Program-made: the position numbers and the translations under genes
Shown here: positions 50,665 to 63,110 of the stretch, piece by piece
Layout: every line of letters starts with the position of its first letter
Numbering within the stretch: position 1 is the first letter of the stretch
The notes under the pieces: model-generated
The model's input: the letters and a program-made list of their open reading frames with translations, nothing else
Told to the model about the DNA's origin: nothing
Databases searched by the model: none
DNA from: Podarcis cretensis
Lineage: Eukaryota
Length of the DNA stretch: 64,000 bases
Assembly: GCA_951804945.1 (NCBI GenBank)
Contig: OX638154.1
Location: 18,910,001-18,974,000 of the forward strand
Direction: 5' to 3'

Positions 50665-51370
50665 CAGCTGCACAAATATAAGATGGAGGACACCGGGACA
50701 TGTGAAAAGGATCTAGGGGTCATAGTAGACCACAAGCTTAACACGAGTCAGTGGTGTGATGCAGCAGCAAAAAAAGCTAATGCTGTACTAGGCTACAGTA
50801 ACAGAAGTATAGTGTTCAGATCAAGGGAAGTAATAGCACTGCTCTATTCTTTCTTGGCCAGACCAGACCTGGAATACTGTGTCCAGTTCTGGGTGCCACA
50901 ATTTAAGGAGGATATTGACAAGCTGGAATGTGTGCAGAGGAGGGCAACCTAGATGATCAAGGGTCTGGAAACCAAGCCTTATGGGGGAAGGATGAGAGAG
51001 TTGTGTATGTTTAGCCTGGAAAAGGTGAGACTGAGAGGAGATATGATAGCCATCTTCAAGTATCTAAAGGGCTGTCACATGGAAGATGGAGCAAGCTTGT
51101 TTTCTCCTGCTCCGGTGAGTGGGACCCAAAGCAATGGATTCAAGTTACAAGAAAGGAGATTCCAACTAAATATCAGGAAGAATTTTCTGTTAGTAAGAGC
51201 TATTTGACAGGGGAAACAATTCCCTCAGGATGTGGTGGACTCTCCTTCATTGGAGGTTTTTAAGCAGATGTTAGAAGGCCATCTGTCATGGATGCTTTAG
51301 CTGAGATTCCCGCATTGCAGGATGTTGGACTAGATGACCCCGGGGTCCCTTCCAATTCCAATTCTATTAC
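50665..51370 (+). mobile_element. CR1 LINE 3' fragment
   Basis: EKDLGVIVDHKLN..CDAAAKKAN..LEYCVQFW..LECVQRRAT*MIKGLE..LFS..GFKL; premature stop; CR1 3' end cccttccaattccaattctatt. Confidence 0.93.
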
Positions 51371-52429
51371 TTTCCTTTGTATCAGATAGTCTGATATATT
51401 TCTAACTGATAGTGCTAGGGACTAAACTTGGGATCGTTTGGGTGCGAAACATGTTCTGGCATGGAGTTGTGCCTCTCCCCTTTCCTTCTGTTCATGCCAG
51501 ATTTCCATAGGAGAAGCCATGGCTGTTTGCCTTGTAGCTTGCCTCTAAAACAGCAATGGCTCCAGTTTTCTCGTGCCTTTGCTGCAAACAAGGCACTTGT
51601 TTCTCTAATGACTTAGAAAGGTGTCTGCTCTAGGGTAACCTATATGAATTTGCAGTTTTCTGCTAGCCTGGGGTGTGACTTCTCAACACGTGATGCGATA
51701 AGATGTGTCCTCCATCCTCGTTTCTGTTACAGCATTTTATAACTTCTCTTGCGATAGGGCCTGACTCTTATCTCCAAGGAACCGTTGTTCCACAAAAGTC
51801 ATGGAGAGGCTTGAATAGCTGTTTGTAAAATGCACAAAGATCTTTGGATATAAGGTGCCACATACTTGGCTCAATGCCCAGGCATGTCCATTATAAGGGG
51901 AAAAGGAGGGGAGGAAAAAGCCCAATTCCTTTTCAGAACTCTTCCTCCAGTAGTATTCTCAAGTGGCTTGCCTGACCATCTGACAACATGCGAGCTACAA
52001 ATAAAAAACGATAAATCCAAACTCAGCACCGGAGGAAGGAAGAAAATGAATTGAATGATTAAAAAAAAAAGTTGTTCTACTGGCACTTCTTTGTTCTTGA
52101 ATTCAGGAATCCTTTAATTGGTACAGTACAATGCCCACAGGCAAGTTTTGCTATAAAGCGTTTCCTGTTCAGAAGAACATACAAAATCTATTAAGAGAGC
52201 GAGATCACCACAGAACGGAACTTGAGAGCCTCGCTCAGAGTACATATTCACAATTTGTGTTTGCACCCATCACGCAAAGAGTCTCTCAGGCGACAGGAAA
52301 GCCAAGAGGGGGACAAAAAACCCTCATCTATTTGGGAAACGAATATTGTTAAATCAAAGGATTGTGTGGTCCTTGGGGAAGATACCTTCACATGCCTTCT
52401 TCCTGTGAATTTTTTGGGTACTTTACGTC

Positions 52430-53220
52430 TAGTCATGAACGACTCTGGGGTTGCGGCGCTCATTTCGCTTTACTGGCCAAGGGAGCCAACGTTTGTCCGC
52501 AGACAGCTTCCCTGGGTCATGTGGCCAGTATGACTAAGCCGCTTCTGGCAAACCAGAGCAGCACACGGAAATGCCATTTACCGTATTTTTCGCCCTATAG
52601 GACGCACTTTTTCCCCTCCAAAAATGAAGGGGAAATGTGTGTGCGTCCTATGGGACGAATGCAGGCTTTCGCTGAAGCCTGGAGAGCGAGAGGGGTCGGT
52701 GCGCACCGACCCCTCTCGCTCTGCAGGCTTTGCGGACCTCTCCGCAAGCAGCGGGAGCGCTCCCACTGCTTGCGGAGAGTTGCCTGCATGCCGAAGCCTG
52801 CGCGCGCTGAGCTCAGTGCGTCCAGGCTTCGCGGACCTCTCCGCAAGCAGCGGGAGCCAGCACTGGGCTCCCACGGCTTGCAGAGAGCTGCCTGTTTGGG
52901 GGCTGGGGCTGGGGAAGCTCGGGCCTCCCCCGCCCCAGCCCCACACCTGGGGGGGAAAAATAATTTTTCCCCCTTTATTCCCCCCCAAAAAAACTAGGTG
53001 CGTCTTATGGGACGGTGCGTCCTATAGGGCGAAAAATACGGTACCTTCCCACCGGAGCGGTAACTATTATCTACTTGCACTTTGACGTGCTTTCGAACTG
53101 CTAGGTTGGCAGGAGCTGGGACTGAACAACGGAAGCTCATCCCGTTGTGGGGATTTGAACTGCTGACCGTCCAATCGGCAAGCCCAAGGCTCAGTGGTTT
53201 ATACCACAGCACCACCCACG
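52430..53220 (-). mobile_element. Sauria SINE split by a MITE insertion
   Basis: SINE sequence ...gccattTA | TAccttccc... is continuous across 52581-53041. Confidence 0.9.
52581..53041 (+). mobile_element. TcMar-type MITE (same family as 36279)
   Basis: Perfect 27-bp TIRs, TA TSD, 40-bp perfect palindrome 52683-52722. Confidence 0.93.
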
Positions 53221-53932
53221 TAGTTCCAAATAAATACGGGCAATATCACACCAATTACCTTGACTAATGGTAGTTCCTGACAGCAGGCAAATTGATCACA
53301 TTGAGCTGCATTGGATGATATATCTCATCCAAACCATCCCTATGCATGGAGGGTTCAGCCAAGGACACAGGAAGAGCCAAAGTCCAGCATCCTGTTCTCA
53401 GTGTGGCAAACCAGATGCCCAGGGGAAGCCTGCAAGCAAGACCTGAGCACAACAGTGGTCTCCCTACTTTGTGATTCCCAGCAACTGGCATTCATACTGC
53501 CTTCCACCAGTCTCCCCCCTTCCGAGGGATTAGCCATTCAATAGTGGCCGTTGTGCATTGGGTTTTATGTGCATAGGCTGTAATCAGGCACTGTAATCAG
53601 GGCTGGCACATAGTGGTGTTTGGCAAGGATGCTCTCGTTCCCTTCCATTTGATGGACTGGTTTAGATTAGAAGTATCTTCCCGTCTCGGTTCTTGCGTTT
53701 TCTCACAGGCAAAAGCTATAGTGCAAAACATTTCCATGTGGATCAGGCATGTTAAATGCAGCATTTGACCACGGAACTGAGCTTGACAAAACATTCCCCA
53801 TGGGCAAGGAACTGCCTTGGGCAGAAGAAAGAAGCTGCCAGGTTTCCTAACCCTTCCTCCTTGCCCTGCAAGTTTTTAATATGCACCCTTTCGATATTGC
53901 CTGTTTTTCTTTTCTGTAGTGAGATTCTAGGG

Positions 53933-54051
53933 CAGGCATGGCCAAACTTGGCCCTCCAATTCCCATCATCCCTGACCACTGGTCCTTTTAGCTGGGGATG
54001 ATGGGAGTTTTAGTCCCAAAACATCTGGAGGGCCAAGTTTGGCCATGCCTG
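53933..54051. mobile_element. Fold-back hAT MITE
   Basis: caggcatggccaaacttggccctcc / ggagggccaagtttggccatgcctg; TSD TTCTAGGG/TTCTAGGA. Confidence 0.88.
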
Positions 54052-56071
54052 TTCTAGGAAGTGCACCAGTTCACAGCTGCATCAGTTTGCCCCCATTCAG
54101 ATCTCATCATCTCCCCAGTTTTCTTTCTGCAAATGCCACAGGTGAGATGTGTGCAAAATTCACAGCACAACTAGATGCAAAGGGGAACAGGAGAACAGAG
54201 AGAAATCCAAGTAGGTGCACCCTGCAGGTATGAGGAGCTGCTCCTGGTTGAATTCTTCCTTCTATATACATCTAATTGTTCCTTTACATCTGGCTACCCT
54301 TTAGATACATTTACTGTTCCAGAATATCCTGCAGGCTGTGCATCAAACGTTGCAACCCCTTATTCATCTTTTATATAGCTCTTTTTTAAAATTTGCAAAG
54401 CAGTCTGGGTGTCTGTCCTCACGATAATTTCGTGAGATAGCTTCCTGTCACTCCCATTCCACAGGCGAGAGTACTGAGGCCAAGAGACGTTCCCCAAGGC
54501 CTTGCAGTGATTTTATCCCAGAGCCAAGTCCAGCTCTCTCTTCACTGGACCACATTGGCTCTAAAGCCGCCAACAGTTACCAGCACTGAGAAATCAGTTT
54601 CTAGATGACACACAACCACTTTCAGTGATGATTTTGAAATACGGTAAGAGTTGCCCAAGAGGAATGTGGCTGGGAACTGAACCACAATAAAACTCATTCC
54701 CAGACAAGCTGTGGACATGATTGCACCACAATGTAAATCACGAGCTACTCCCTTAGTCCTGTAAAGGAGGCTATAGAAATACCAAAGTCATTGACCAAAA
54801 CAAGATGTAATGTCACAGTAATTTAGGGTTGCCACACGTCCAGACATATCCAGAATACTGCAGTCAGCAGCAGTGTCTGGGCGGAAATCGGCAAAAATGT
54901 CCGGAAAAATGCAGACGTATGGCAGCCCATGTCGGCAGTGCCATTTTTGCCATTTTTGCATTAAAAAATAGCTCAAAACCGGCAAATTTTTTTGCATTTT
55001 TTTACCTACAGTAATTCATTTTTTAAAAACTGTTAATACGGATGTTAACAAACTCTGCATGAACCATCAAGTCAGATTCTTCTTATTTTCCCCATTATAC
55101 CATCTATGGAACTGAAGCATAAATATTTCTAATTGCTCTCAAGAGCAGTTGGTCTCTAACCAGGCTGCACTATGATTTATCCTTGACTCAGGAACTTTTT
55201 TCAACTTCTTTGGTTTAGCTCCTTCAGCTCTATTTTCCTTTATCCCCATTCTCTCTGTCCATTTATTGACTGGAGGTCTCTCGACTGTCCTTCTCCTGTT
55301 GCCCATCTCTGCTTCCAGCTCCTAACTGAATCCTTCCACACTCTCCCTGATTCCTACTCTAGCATTCATTTTCATCCCACTCTTTCAACAAGGATCTCAA
55401 AATTCCTTTCCCCCATTTTATCCTCATAACAACTCTGAAAAGGCATGTTAGGGTGAGGGAAAATCACTAGCCCTGCATCACTCTGTGAGCTTTGTGAATG
55501 AATGGGGATATGAGCCTGGGTTGTACTGGCTCATGACTGAGACTTTACCCAAGGGTTGCCGGTCTTATTTTTCCTCAAAGGACTCTCTTAAACATCTCCA
55601 GATGTTCAACAATTGAAGGTTTTCCTGAGACGGAGATGGGGGGGGGAGTACATCTGCTAAATTTCTGTGCCTAACAGATAGAAAAGACTCAGGAGTTCGA
55701 TAGGAAATGGCCCAGAACAGTGCCAAATATCTCCCTCATTTCACTGGGCCTTCATGCAGCTGGCCAATGTGAGCAGCCATCCTTTCCCCTCTAAGAATGC
55801 CCAGGGAATGATGATGTCACCTTGTTCCTATTTGGCCATTCTGCAGCAAATTGGAGCAGTGTCTGTGACTGGTGTTCTGCTGCCATTTCATGTGGTGGCA
55901 TATTCCTCCCCCCCCCCACCTTACTTTCTCCCAGTTTAGGAGAACAGCCAGAGCTCAGTGGTAGAGCATCTGCTGTATGTGAAAAAGGTCCCAGGTTCTA
56001 TCTCTGGCATCTCTAGGTAGGGCTGGGAATGGCGCCTGTCTAAAATTATGGAGTGCCACTGCCAGTCCAGA

Positions 56072-56428
56072 GGGACACAGGTGGCACTGTGGGTTAAACC
56101 ACAGAGCCTAGGACTTGCTGATTAGAAGGTCGGCGGTTCGAATCCCCACGACGGGGTGAGCTCCTGTTGCTTGGTCCCTGCTCCTGCCAACCTAGCAGTT
56201 CGAAAGCATGTCAAAGTGCAAGTAGATAAATAGGTACCACTCCGGTGGGAAGGTAAGCGGCGTTTCCGTGCGCTGCTCTGGTTCGCTAGAAGCAGCTTAG
56301 TCATGCTGGCCACATGACTCAGAAGCTGTATACCGGCTCCCTCAGCCAATAAAGAGAGATGAGCGCCGCAACCCCAGAGTCAGTCTTGACTGGACCTAAT
56401 GGTCAGGGGTCCCTTTACCTTTACCTTT
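56072..56428 (+). mobile_element. Sauria SINE, full length
   Basis: B box GGTTCGAATCC, ACCTTT tail, TSD ACTGCCAGTCCA. Confidence 0.92.
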
Positions 56429-56438
56429 ACTGCCAGTC

Positions 56439-56698
56439 CATACCCTTCAACATGTCCCAGAGGAAAACCAGGATGCAGGTTTTTCGGGGCCTTGCCCCCG
56501 CACAAGTCATTTGACCCATGTGAGAGCATGCCCCCCCCAAAAATGTGCATCTTTCAGGGCCACAATCTGGTGGGAACCAGGTGACTCCTACAAGAACATG
56601 GCACCCCAAAATTTGTGTCTTTTTCTGGGCCGCGATCTTGCAAGCATGGCACCCAAAAATGGGACGTCCCGATTAAATAGGGAGAGTTGAGGGGTATA
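56439..56698. mobile_element. hAT-like MITE (CATACCC termini)
   Basis: catacccttcaac / gttgaggggtata; flanking CCAGTC(C) repeat. Confidence 0.65.
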
Positions 56699-58043
56699 CC
56701 AGTCCCATCCACTGAGCTGGATGGGACCAGTGATCTCACTCAGTATAAGGCAGCCTCCTATGTTATTTAAGAAAGGGGAGACAGAACAAAAATCCCTACC
56801 TCTTCCATAGAACAACAAATAATGAATTTCTGACACCTCTTTTAATTATTATTATTACTACTATCTCTCTCCCCATCCCTGACACTAGCTTTCGCCTTAC
56901 CTAACTTGTTTTCAAAGTAATCGTGATACGTTGCATGGACATGAGTTCTTAAACAAGGAATTGCTAACCCAGACCACATCACAATTTCTCACTGTTAGCT
57001 GCAATCGAACATTCTCCTGAACCCAAGGGGTTAAATGTGGGGACAGGGGTGCACCCACACGCCCCTCTTCCAACATCTTTGCATACGTTGCACATGGCCA
57101 TCAGCCACTGACCTTCCCTGTGTTGCATGGAAAAGTCTGCATGGAGTTTCCGCTCATGCTCACTTGAATTCAAGTAGATTCCTCTGCGTAATCAGAGACC
57201 CTGTTTTATTGGGATCGCCAGTTGCACAGGGAGTTCTGCTCATGTCAAATGAATGAAACCAGAAGCTCCCTGCAGGCTTTGCTTTGGGTACTAGGAGTGA
57301 GGAACATGAAGCGCATGAGACTTGCCCCTGCCTTTAGTCCTTGCATGTTCAGGCCAACTCCTGAATACCACCATTAATTTTAACACAGATATTGGTCAGG
57401 AAGAGAGTCTGCCTTTTCAAAATAAATATAAGGAGAAGAAATAAATTTGAAAGCTTTTTTTTTTTCTAGATTCCACCATCATAAAAATTATGCTCACATT
57501 TCCACTGAATCTCATATTCATATTCAGCAGCCGCTTAGAATCTCATTACAAAAATTTAGCTCCTGGACAAAACAGACCATGAAATCATTTATAAATAAAT
57601 GTCAGTTTTATTTATTTGTTGCAGCCACAAGTCTTAAGAACCACTCGTTAGCACTTGGAACAAAATCTGAATGGTATGAAACATCCACACACTGTAAAAC
57701 AACAGGTACTCTCACACTTGTTCAGTATTAGATTCAGGTAGGTAGCCATGTTGATTAGATTCAGGTAGGTAGCCGTAGGTTATTTCAACTTGTTCAGTAG
57801 TAAGCAAGTATAAATGTTTTGATTGAATAAAAACATCCAGCATCAATACAGAACAGCTGTCCATATCAGAAATCTCCCGGTAATCTCACATTGATTCATA
57901 TAAAGAGCATAGGAATTTGCAAAATGCAATTGCACTGTTGCCAATTTCAGTTGAAATTCACAGATATGTGCAGTGCAAATGGCTACATATCTACTCAGAA
58001 GTAATACCCATTGACTTCAGTGGAATTTTCTCCCAGATGTGTG

Positions 58044-58200
58044 CAGTGCTTTTTTTTCTTCTTAAAAAAAAATGTTTAGGGGTACTGTCATTTTCCTACT
58101 CACATTGAAATACTGCCCCTCAGTGAGGCCAAACTTAGATTCACAAAATGTTTAGGGGTATGTGTACCCCTGCGTTCCCCCCTCCCCCCAAAAAGCACTG
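58044..58200. mobile_element. hAT MITE nested in a small palindromic MITE
   Basis: cagtgctttt / aaaagcactg; perfect 8-bp TSD GATGTGTG. Confidence 0.88.
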
Positions 58201-58231
58201 GATGTGTGTATAGGATTTTGAAGCATAGCAC

Positions 58232-58370
58232 TTAGAATCATAGAATTGTAGAGTTGGGGGGGACACCAAGGGTCATCTAGTCCAACCCCCTGCAATGCAG
58301 AAATATTTTGCCCAACATGGGGCTCGAATCCACAACCCTGAAATTAAGAGTCTCGTGTTCTTCCAACTGT
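58232..58370 (-). mobile_element. tRNA-Lys-headed SINE with CR1 tail
   Basis: Reverse-complement relative of 46005-46158; begins tagaatcatagaat. Confidence 0.75.
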
Positions 58371-60522
58371 CTGTTATTGCAATATGGAAGGCATTAGCTG
58401 GAATCTAAGAAGGGTGAAAGCATGTCTAAGAATTGGTCTATGTCAACTAAATAGTATTAAAACCTGTTTTGTTATTTAAGCGTAACGTACTATGGTGCTG
58501 GCTTAGCCTTGGCCAAAATAGCTAAGCCACATCTAATAAGCACATCGTGTACAATGTTTCTGGCTGCAAGTGGTCTGATACCCATAAAGCAATTGACCAA
58601 AAAGCCAGATGTCTGAATCACTGAGACAAATTTTTGGTACCAGTTGAAAGTTAGGTTGACTAAATGTAATAGGCCCTTTCTCCAAGAAGCACATTTTTGG
58701 CAGTTTTATCATCCGGCATGGATGGTAATCTAATCCAGTAGTTGAAAGGGTACAAATGCAGCTTAATTTCGACTGGTAAATGTCCAATTCCTGTGCTTAA
58801 ACAAACAGAGTGAACACCTGGCTTGGGGGTTCCTTATGTACAGATTAGAGTTTTGCTCTGTAAGAGTTTGAGACAAGGCAACAGTGGGCGCTCCATATCT
58901 CTGCACGATGACGTAACTGTGGCCAATAAAATGTGACACACAAGTGGTATGGAAATGGTTTCCATGCCCCTTCACATGACCTGTTTATTGAGCATTCATC
59001 CTGCACAAAACTTATGTGGAAATTAGATTATATTGAGCATTTTCTCTTATTTGTTTGTGGGGCGGTTATCCGACAATGGACATCCATCCTGCATTTATCC
59101 TGATTTACTTTCATGCTGTTTATAGATCTCCCCATTAGTCATTTGTTCATCCCACCATTTACTATGCATTTCCCTGTCACTTTCCAAACCACGAAAATAT
59201 GCTTCTTTTTTTAAAAGTGCATTTACTGTGCTTGGGCAACAGAGCCTTTTAATCTGCTTTAGCTATGCAAATTTAAAGTTGAGCCCCTCTCAAAAGAGTG
59301 ACAGCCTGGATGCACCTTTCTTATACGTATTACAGACAGATGACCCTCTTTTATTGCTGTGCAGCAGAGGCAAGAGTTTGGTAATGGATTCTATTCTTGA
59401 TTTTCTGAATATAAAGATTTTAAAGTCTGAACTTTACCACCTCTGCATGTTTTGCCAAAACATCTGATGCTTCCCCCACCCTGCCTTGGCAAGCAATGAG
59501 AAAGAAATTACCTGGTGGTGAATCATGCCAATTTTCCACCCATTTTGCCAATCCCTTTTCTAAAGAATAGTTGTGTGTTAGGAGGAACCTCCTATCTACC
59601 CACAGCTGTATTTGGCATGAAAGCATGACTAAGTTTATTCAGCAAATCTAGGGCAACTCTCTTAAGTTGGATGCTGCAGATTTCTGGAGAAATGTTTAAA
59701 CCAGACAGGAACTAGGCTAGAAAGAAATACAGCAGCGAGGAAACTAGTGTTTGGATGGGCTATAGACCAGATTGATCTACCATCTGCAATTAGACGAGAA
59801 ACAAACAAACAAATAAACCCAAGAGTATGTCTAGAACCAACCCAGGGACTGAGTCATCTGCAAGAACAACGATGAACACAAAATTACAGCATGTACTTTT
59901 GCAGCATTTGCACATAGGAAACATCTGGTTGGTTTAAATCTCGCTCCTTGCTTTTCCGGCCTTAAGTTCAGAAGGTGGAGGGTATGGAGAACCCATTTGT
60001 GCAGGTTGGAGAGAAATCCTTAGAGCTTGAGATCCATTAGGGAGAGTGAAGCAAGTTGTCTCAGGAAGTTGATTTTGTGTGGCATGAAAGAACAACTTGT
60101 TCACTATTTAATTCATTATTGCTGTATTTTTTTACTGCTAGAGGGGCCTTTTGTATTATACACGTCAACCTGGGTATTGGGGTGCCATTTGTTGTTTTGA
60201 CTTAAGTAACAAAGCACCTTGGGCTGTTCTTGTTCATATGAGGCCCATGCTTACACAGAGTTGTAGTCAACATTAGCAGACCCATTGATATTGATGGACA
60301 TGACAAACTTAGCCCCATTAATTTCAATGGGTCTACCCTTGGGTAGAACACAGTTGGCAGCAGTGCGCTGTTGCTATCCCTGATTTAAGCAATATATTTC
60401 TTACATTGATTGCTAGGGTTGGCAGATATCATTCAAGATATGTCTGCTTTAAAATCCTACATGGTCAGGATTGCCATATGCAGTCTCCAAAAGGGATCCT
60501 GTGTATTTCAGAGTTGTAAAAA

Positions 60523-61085
60523 TGTCAGAACTTCACCATGCATGGCCTTCCTCATTTTGTGACAATACAAGAGAGAGTTTAGACTTCATGGAACATTTCT
60601 TTCTGTGCTACAGGAATGCAGGATCTTCTCAGGAGTATAGCTTTGGGTTATATGTTCTGCCAGATGTATCTAGTAGGGTCATCAGAATGGAGTACACATG
60701 TGCATTTCTTCTTGTTGCGCTTCCGCTTTGGTTTTACAAACTCTTCATTTCTTCTTCATCCTTTCCAGAACCTTGACTGTCTTGCCCATCTTTTTGCAAG
60801 TTTTTCTCCCCTTTGCACTTGTCATAGCTATGGCTGGGCTGCTTGTCCTGGGAGTGCAAAGTACGTAACCACAGCAGATGTCCTCTTGCCTCCAAAAACC
60901 TGGACCCTGAAGCATCAGCGCCTGCTGATGGAGGCAACCGTAAAAGAATACAGCAGGAGACTGGGTTTTTGCTCTGTGAGTTTTGTCTGAAGTATTTGTT
61001 TCAGTCGGAATTAGCAATGGGCCAGTTGGGGGAAAGGGAGGCTGTTCCACCCTTTCAGCTACAGAGAATTGCATTCCAGTTCACA
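60523..61085 (-). mobile_element. Probable old solo LTR with a frameshifted U3 ORF
   Basis: Minus strand TGTGAACT...CATATAA...AGTTCTGACA; flanks GTAAA(AA) and GTAAA. Confidence 0.55.
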
Positions 61086-62924
61086 GTAAAGGTGCCTCAA
61101 GAATGTTAACACTACCATAAGGGGTCATAACCAAAGTTCTCCATTATACGGTGCATGATTAACTTGTGGAATTCATTGATGCAAGATGTGGTGGTGGCCA
61201 CGGGCTTAGAGGGCTTTACAGGGGCACTAGACAAATTCATGGACGATGAGAGATCTGACAAAGGCTATTCAGTAACAGGTTTGAAAGGGATAGCTGGGGG
61301 GGGGGTGCTCTGAGTATGGAAAAAATTGATTTCTCCCCCTCAATAAAAATATGCATGTCTGCGCATGCTATACACTAGTGTATCAGGGAGTAAACTGGGA
61401 GTAAACATTTAGGGATTCTATAGGGGGATGAGATATCAACAGAAAGGGGAGACAGTTCTGTTTCATACCCCTCTAAAACGATAGCATTCTGAAGCAAATA
61501 AATCTACAATCCCAATAAAAATTATAGGTGCAAGACACCCTTTTATAGATAATTAATCCAGATGTGTTTGCAGAAATTTTGCAGGGATGTTATACAAGCT
61601 TGGTTGTTTATTGAGTGTTTGTTCTGATTTGTTCACTGGGATGTTACATGAGGTGCATCAATTGTTATCCCTCACTTTCCAGTGCATTTTCCTGTCACTT
61701 TACTTAATGCAAAAAGTTTGCTTTTTTTGGGTAGCAGATGTGTTGCCCCAGAGCGCCATATCAGCTTTAATGGTGTGACCTGAGTTTGCCAGTATGTGAT
61801 TTAATCCCATTTGAAAATATGTAGTCTCGGAAGTGCCCTTAGTAATCTTCCAGCCAACAATATTTTAACCTGGTCTCAGTTGTGTTGCATGTAAGCATGT
61901 AAGCAGCTTCTTCTATATTTCATGGTGTTCTGGAATGTGGGAAAACCCTTTGAAATAAGGCTAAGAGACATTCCTTAATATAACAGACACAAACTATCTG
62001 TACATTAACCAGGGAGGCAGCCAAACCTTGCATGCAGAAATGTAAGGTAATTTGAACTGGACTAAGAAATGCAATCAAATACGCGGAGTTTGAATTTGTT
62101 TTCTTGATTTTCTATACAGGGCTGCTTAAGAATTCCCTAAGTGTGAGATGGCTGAATTTGGTTTTGGTGTATGTGTAATTTTTGTTTAATAAAAAATTAC
62201 TTCATCATCTATGAATGAATCAAGTCAAATATAGGACCGAGAAGAGAGAGAGAGATGTATGAATGACTCCTCTGACATTTGCAATGTCTCATTTGGGGCT
62301 GGTTTATTTGGATGGTTTTAAACCTCGATGGAAAGAGTGAGGATGACTTAAGGCTAGCAGTGACACACAGTTGTGTGTATCTTTCCTCCTACTTAAAAAA
62401 AAAAAAAAAAAACATTCACCAGAAGCATCCCCAGGAGGCTAAAGGTTTAAGCAGATGAACAGGAGTGGGGAGCCGCTGCTTAACCCTTTCCCTTCCAGTC
62501 ATTCTACCCTCAAAAACCATCTTCCAGCTACTTTTTCCAAACTGAGGGAAAAGATATGGGAGCCTGTATATTTTCCTCCATGTGTGGAGATGGTTGGTTA
62601 TGAGCATGAAAAACATGGGGAAAGGGGGAAACTGCCACAGCCAATCCTCTGCTTAATCTCCCACAGCTACTTTTGTTTAAGGGAATCATCCACATCAAGC
62701 TCACACCAGCAGCATGTTATATCTCGTGTGAGTAAATGAAAAAGTGTTACTTTCAGCCTCAAGTGGATGAGGGCAATCCAGGTGCAATATTAACCTAATC
62801 AGACTAAAAATACAGTCTGTATATGTAATATATTGTTGGCTTTTTGCACAATGTTTCAGTGCAGATTGAATGCACTGATTTCCGCGGCTGTAGGAATCTA
62901 AATGCATGCAAGTGGAGACAGATC

Positions 62925-63110
62925 TGACTTGGCAACTCGGTGGCATGCAGGAGCTCCCAGGTTCAGTTCCTGGCCCTTCCATTTAAAAGCACCTGGTAAG
63001 AGGTGATGGGAAAGACATTTACCTGAGACCCTGGAGAGCAGGTACCAGCAGCTGGGAGTACTGGTTGAGAGGGACAACTCGTTTGACCTCGTACAATGGT
63101 ATGTCCCTAT
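62925..63110 (+). mobile_element. Degenerate tRNA-headed SINE
   Basis: ggcatgcaggagctcccaggttcagttcctggc...cctgagaccctggagagc resembles the 55945 family. Confidence 0.55.

Larger units (their letters stand above)
55945..56765 (+). mobile_element. tRNA-Ala-headed SINE interrupted by a Sauria SINE and a MITE
   Basis: Head agctcagtggtagagcatctg at about 55952; tail actgagctggatgggacc..cagtataaggcagcctcctatg at 56711-56762. Confidence 0.75.

Noticed and set aside
52362-53085. 136-211 aa ORFs
   Set aside because: They run through SINE and MITE sequence; similar peptides recur at other repeat copies.
57725-57780. Tandem attagattcaggtaggtagcc duplication
   Set aside because: A short Penelope end fragment with no ribozyme core; too small to interpret.
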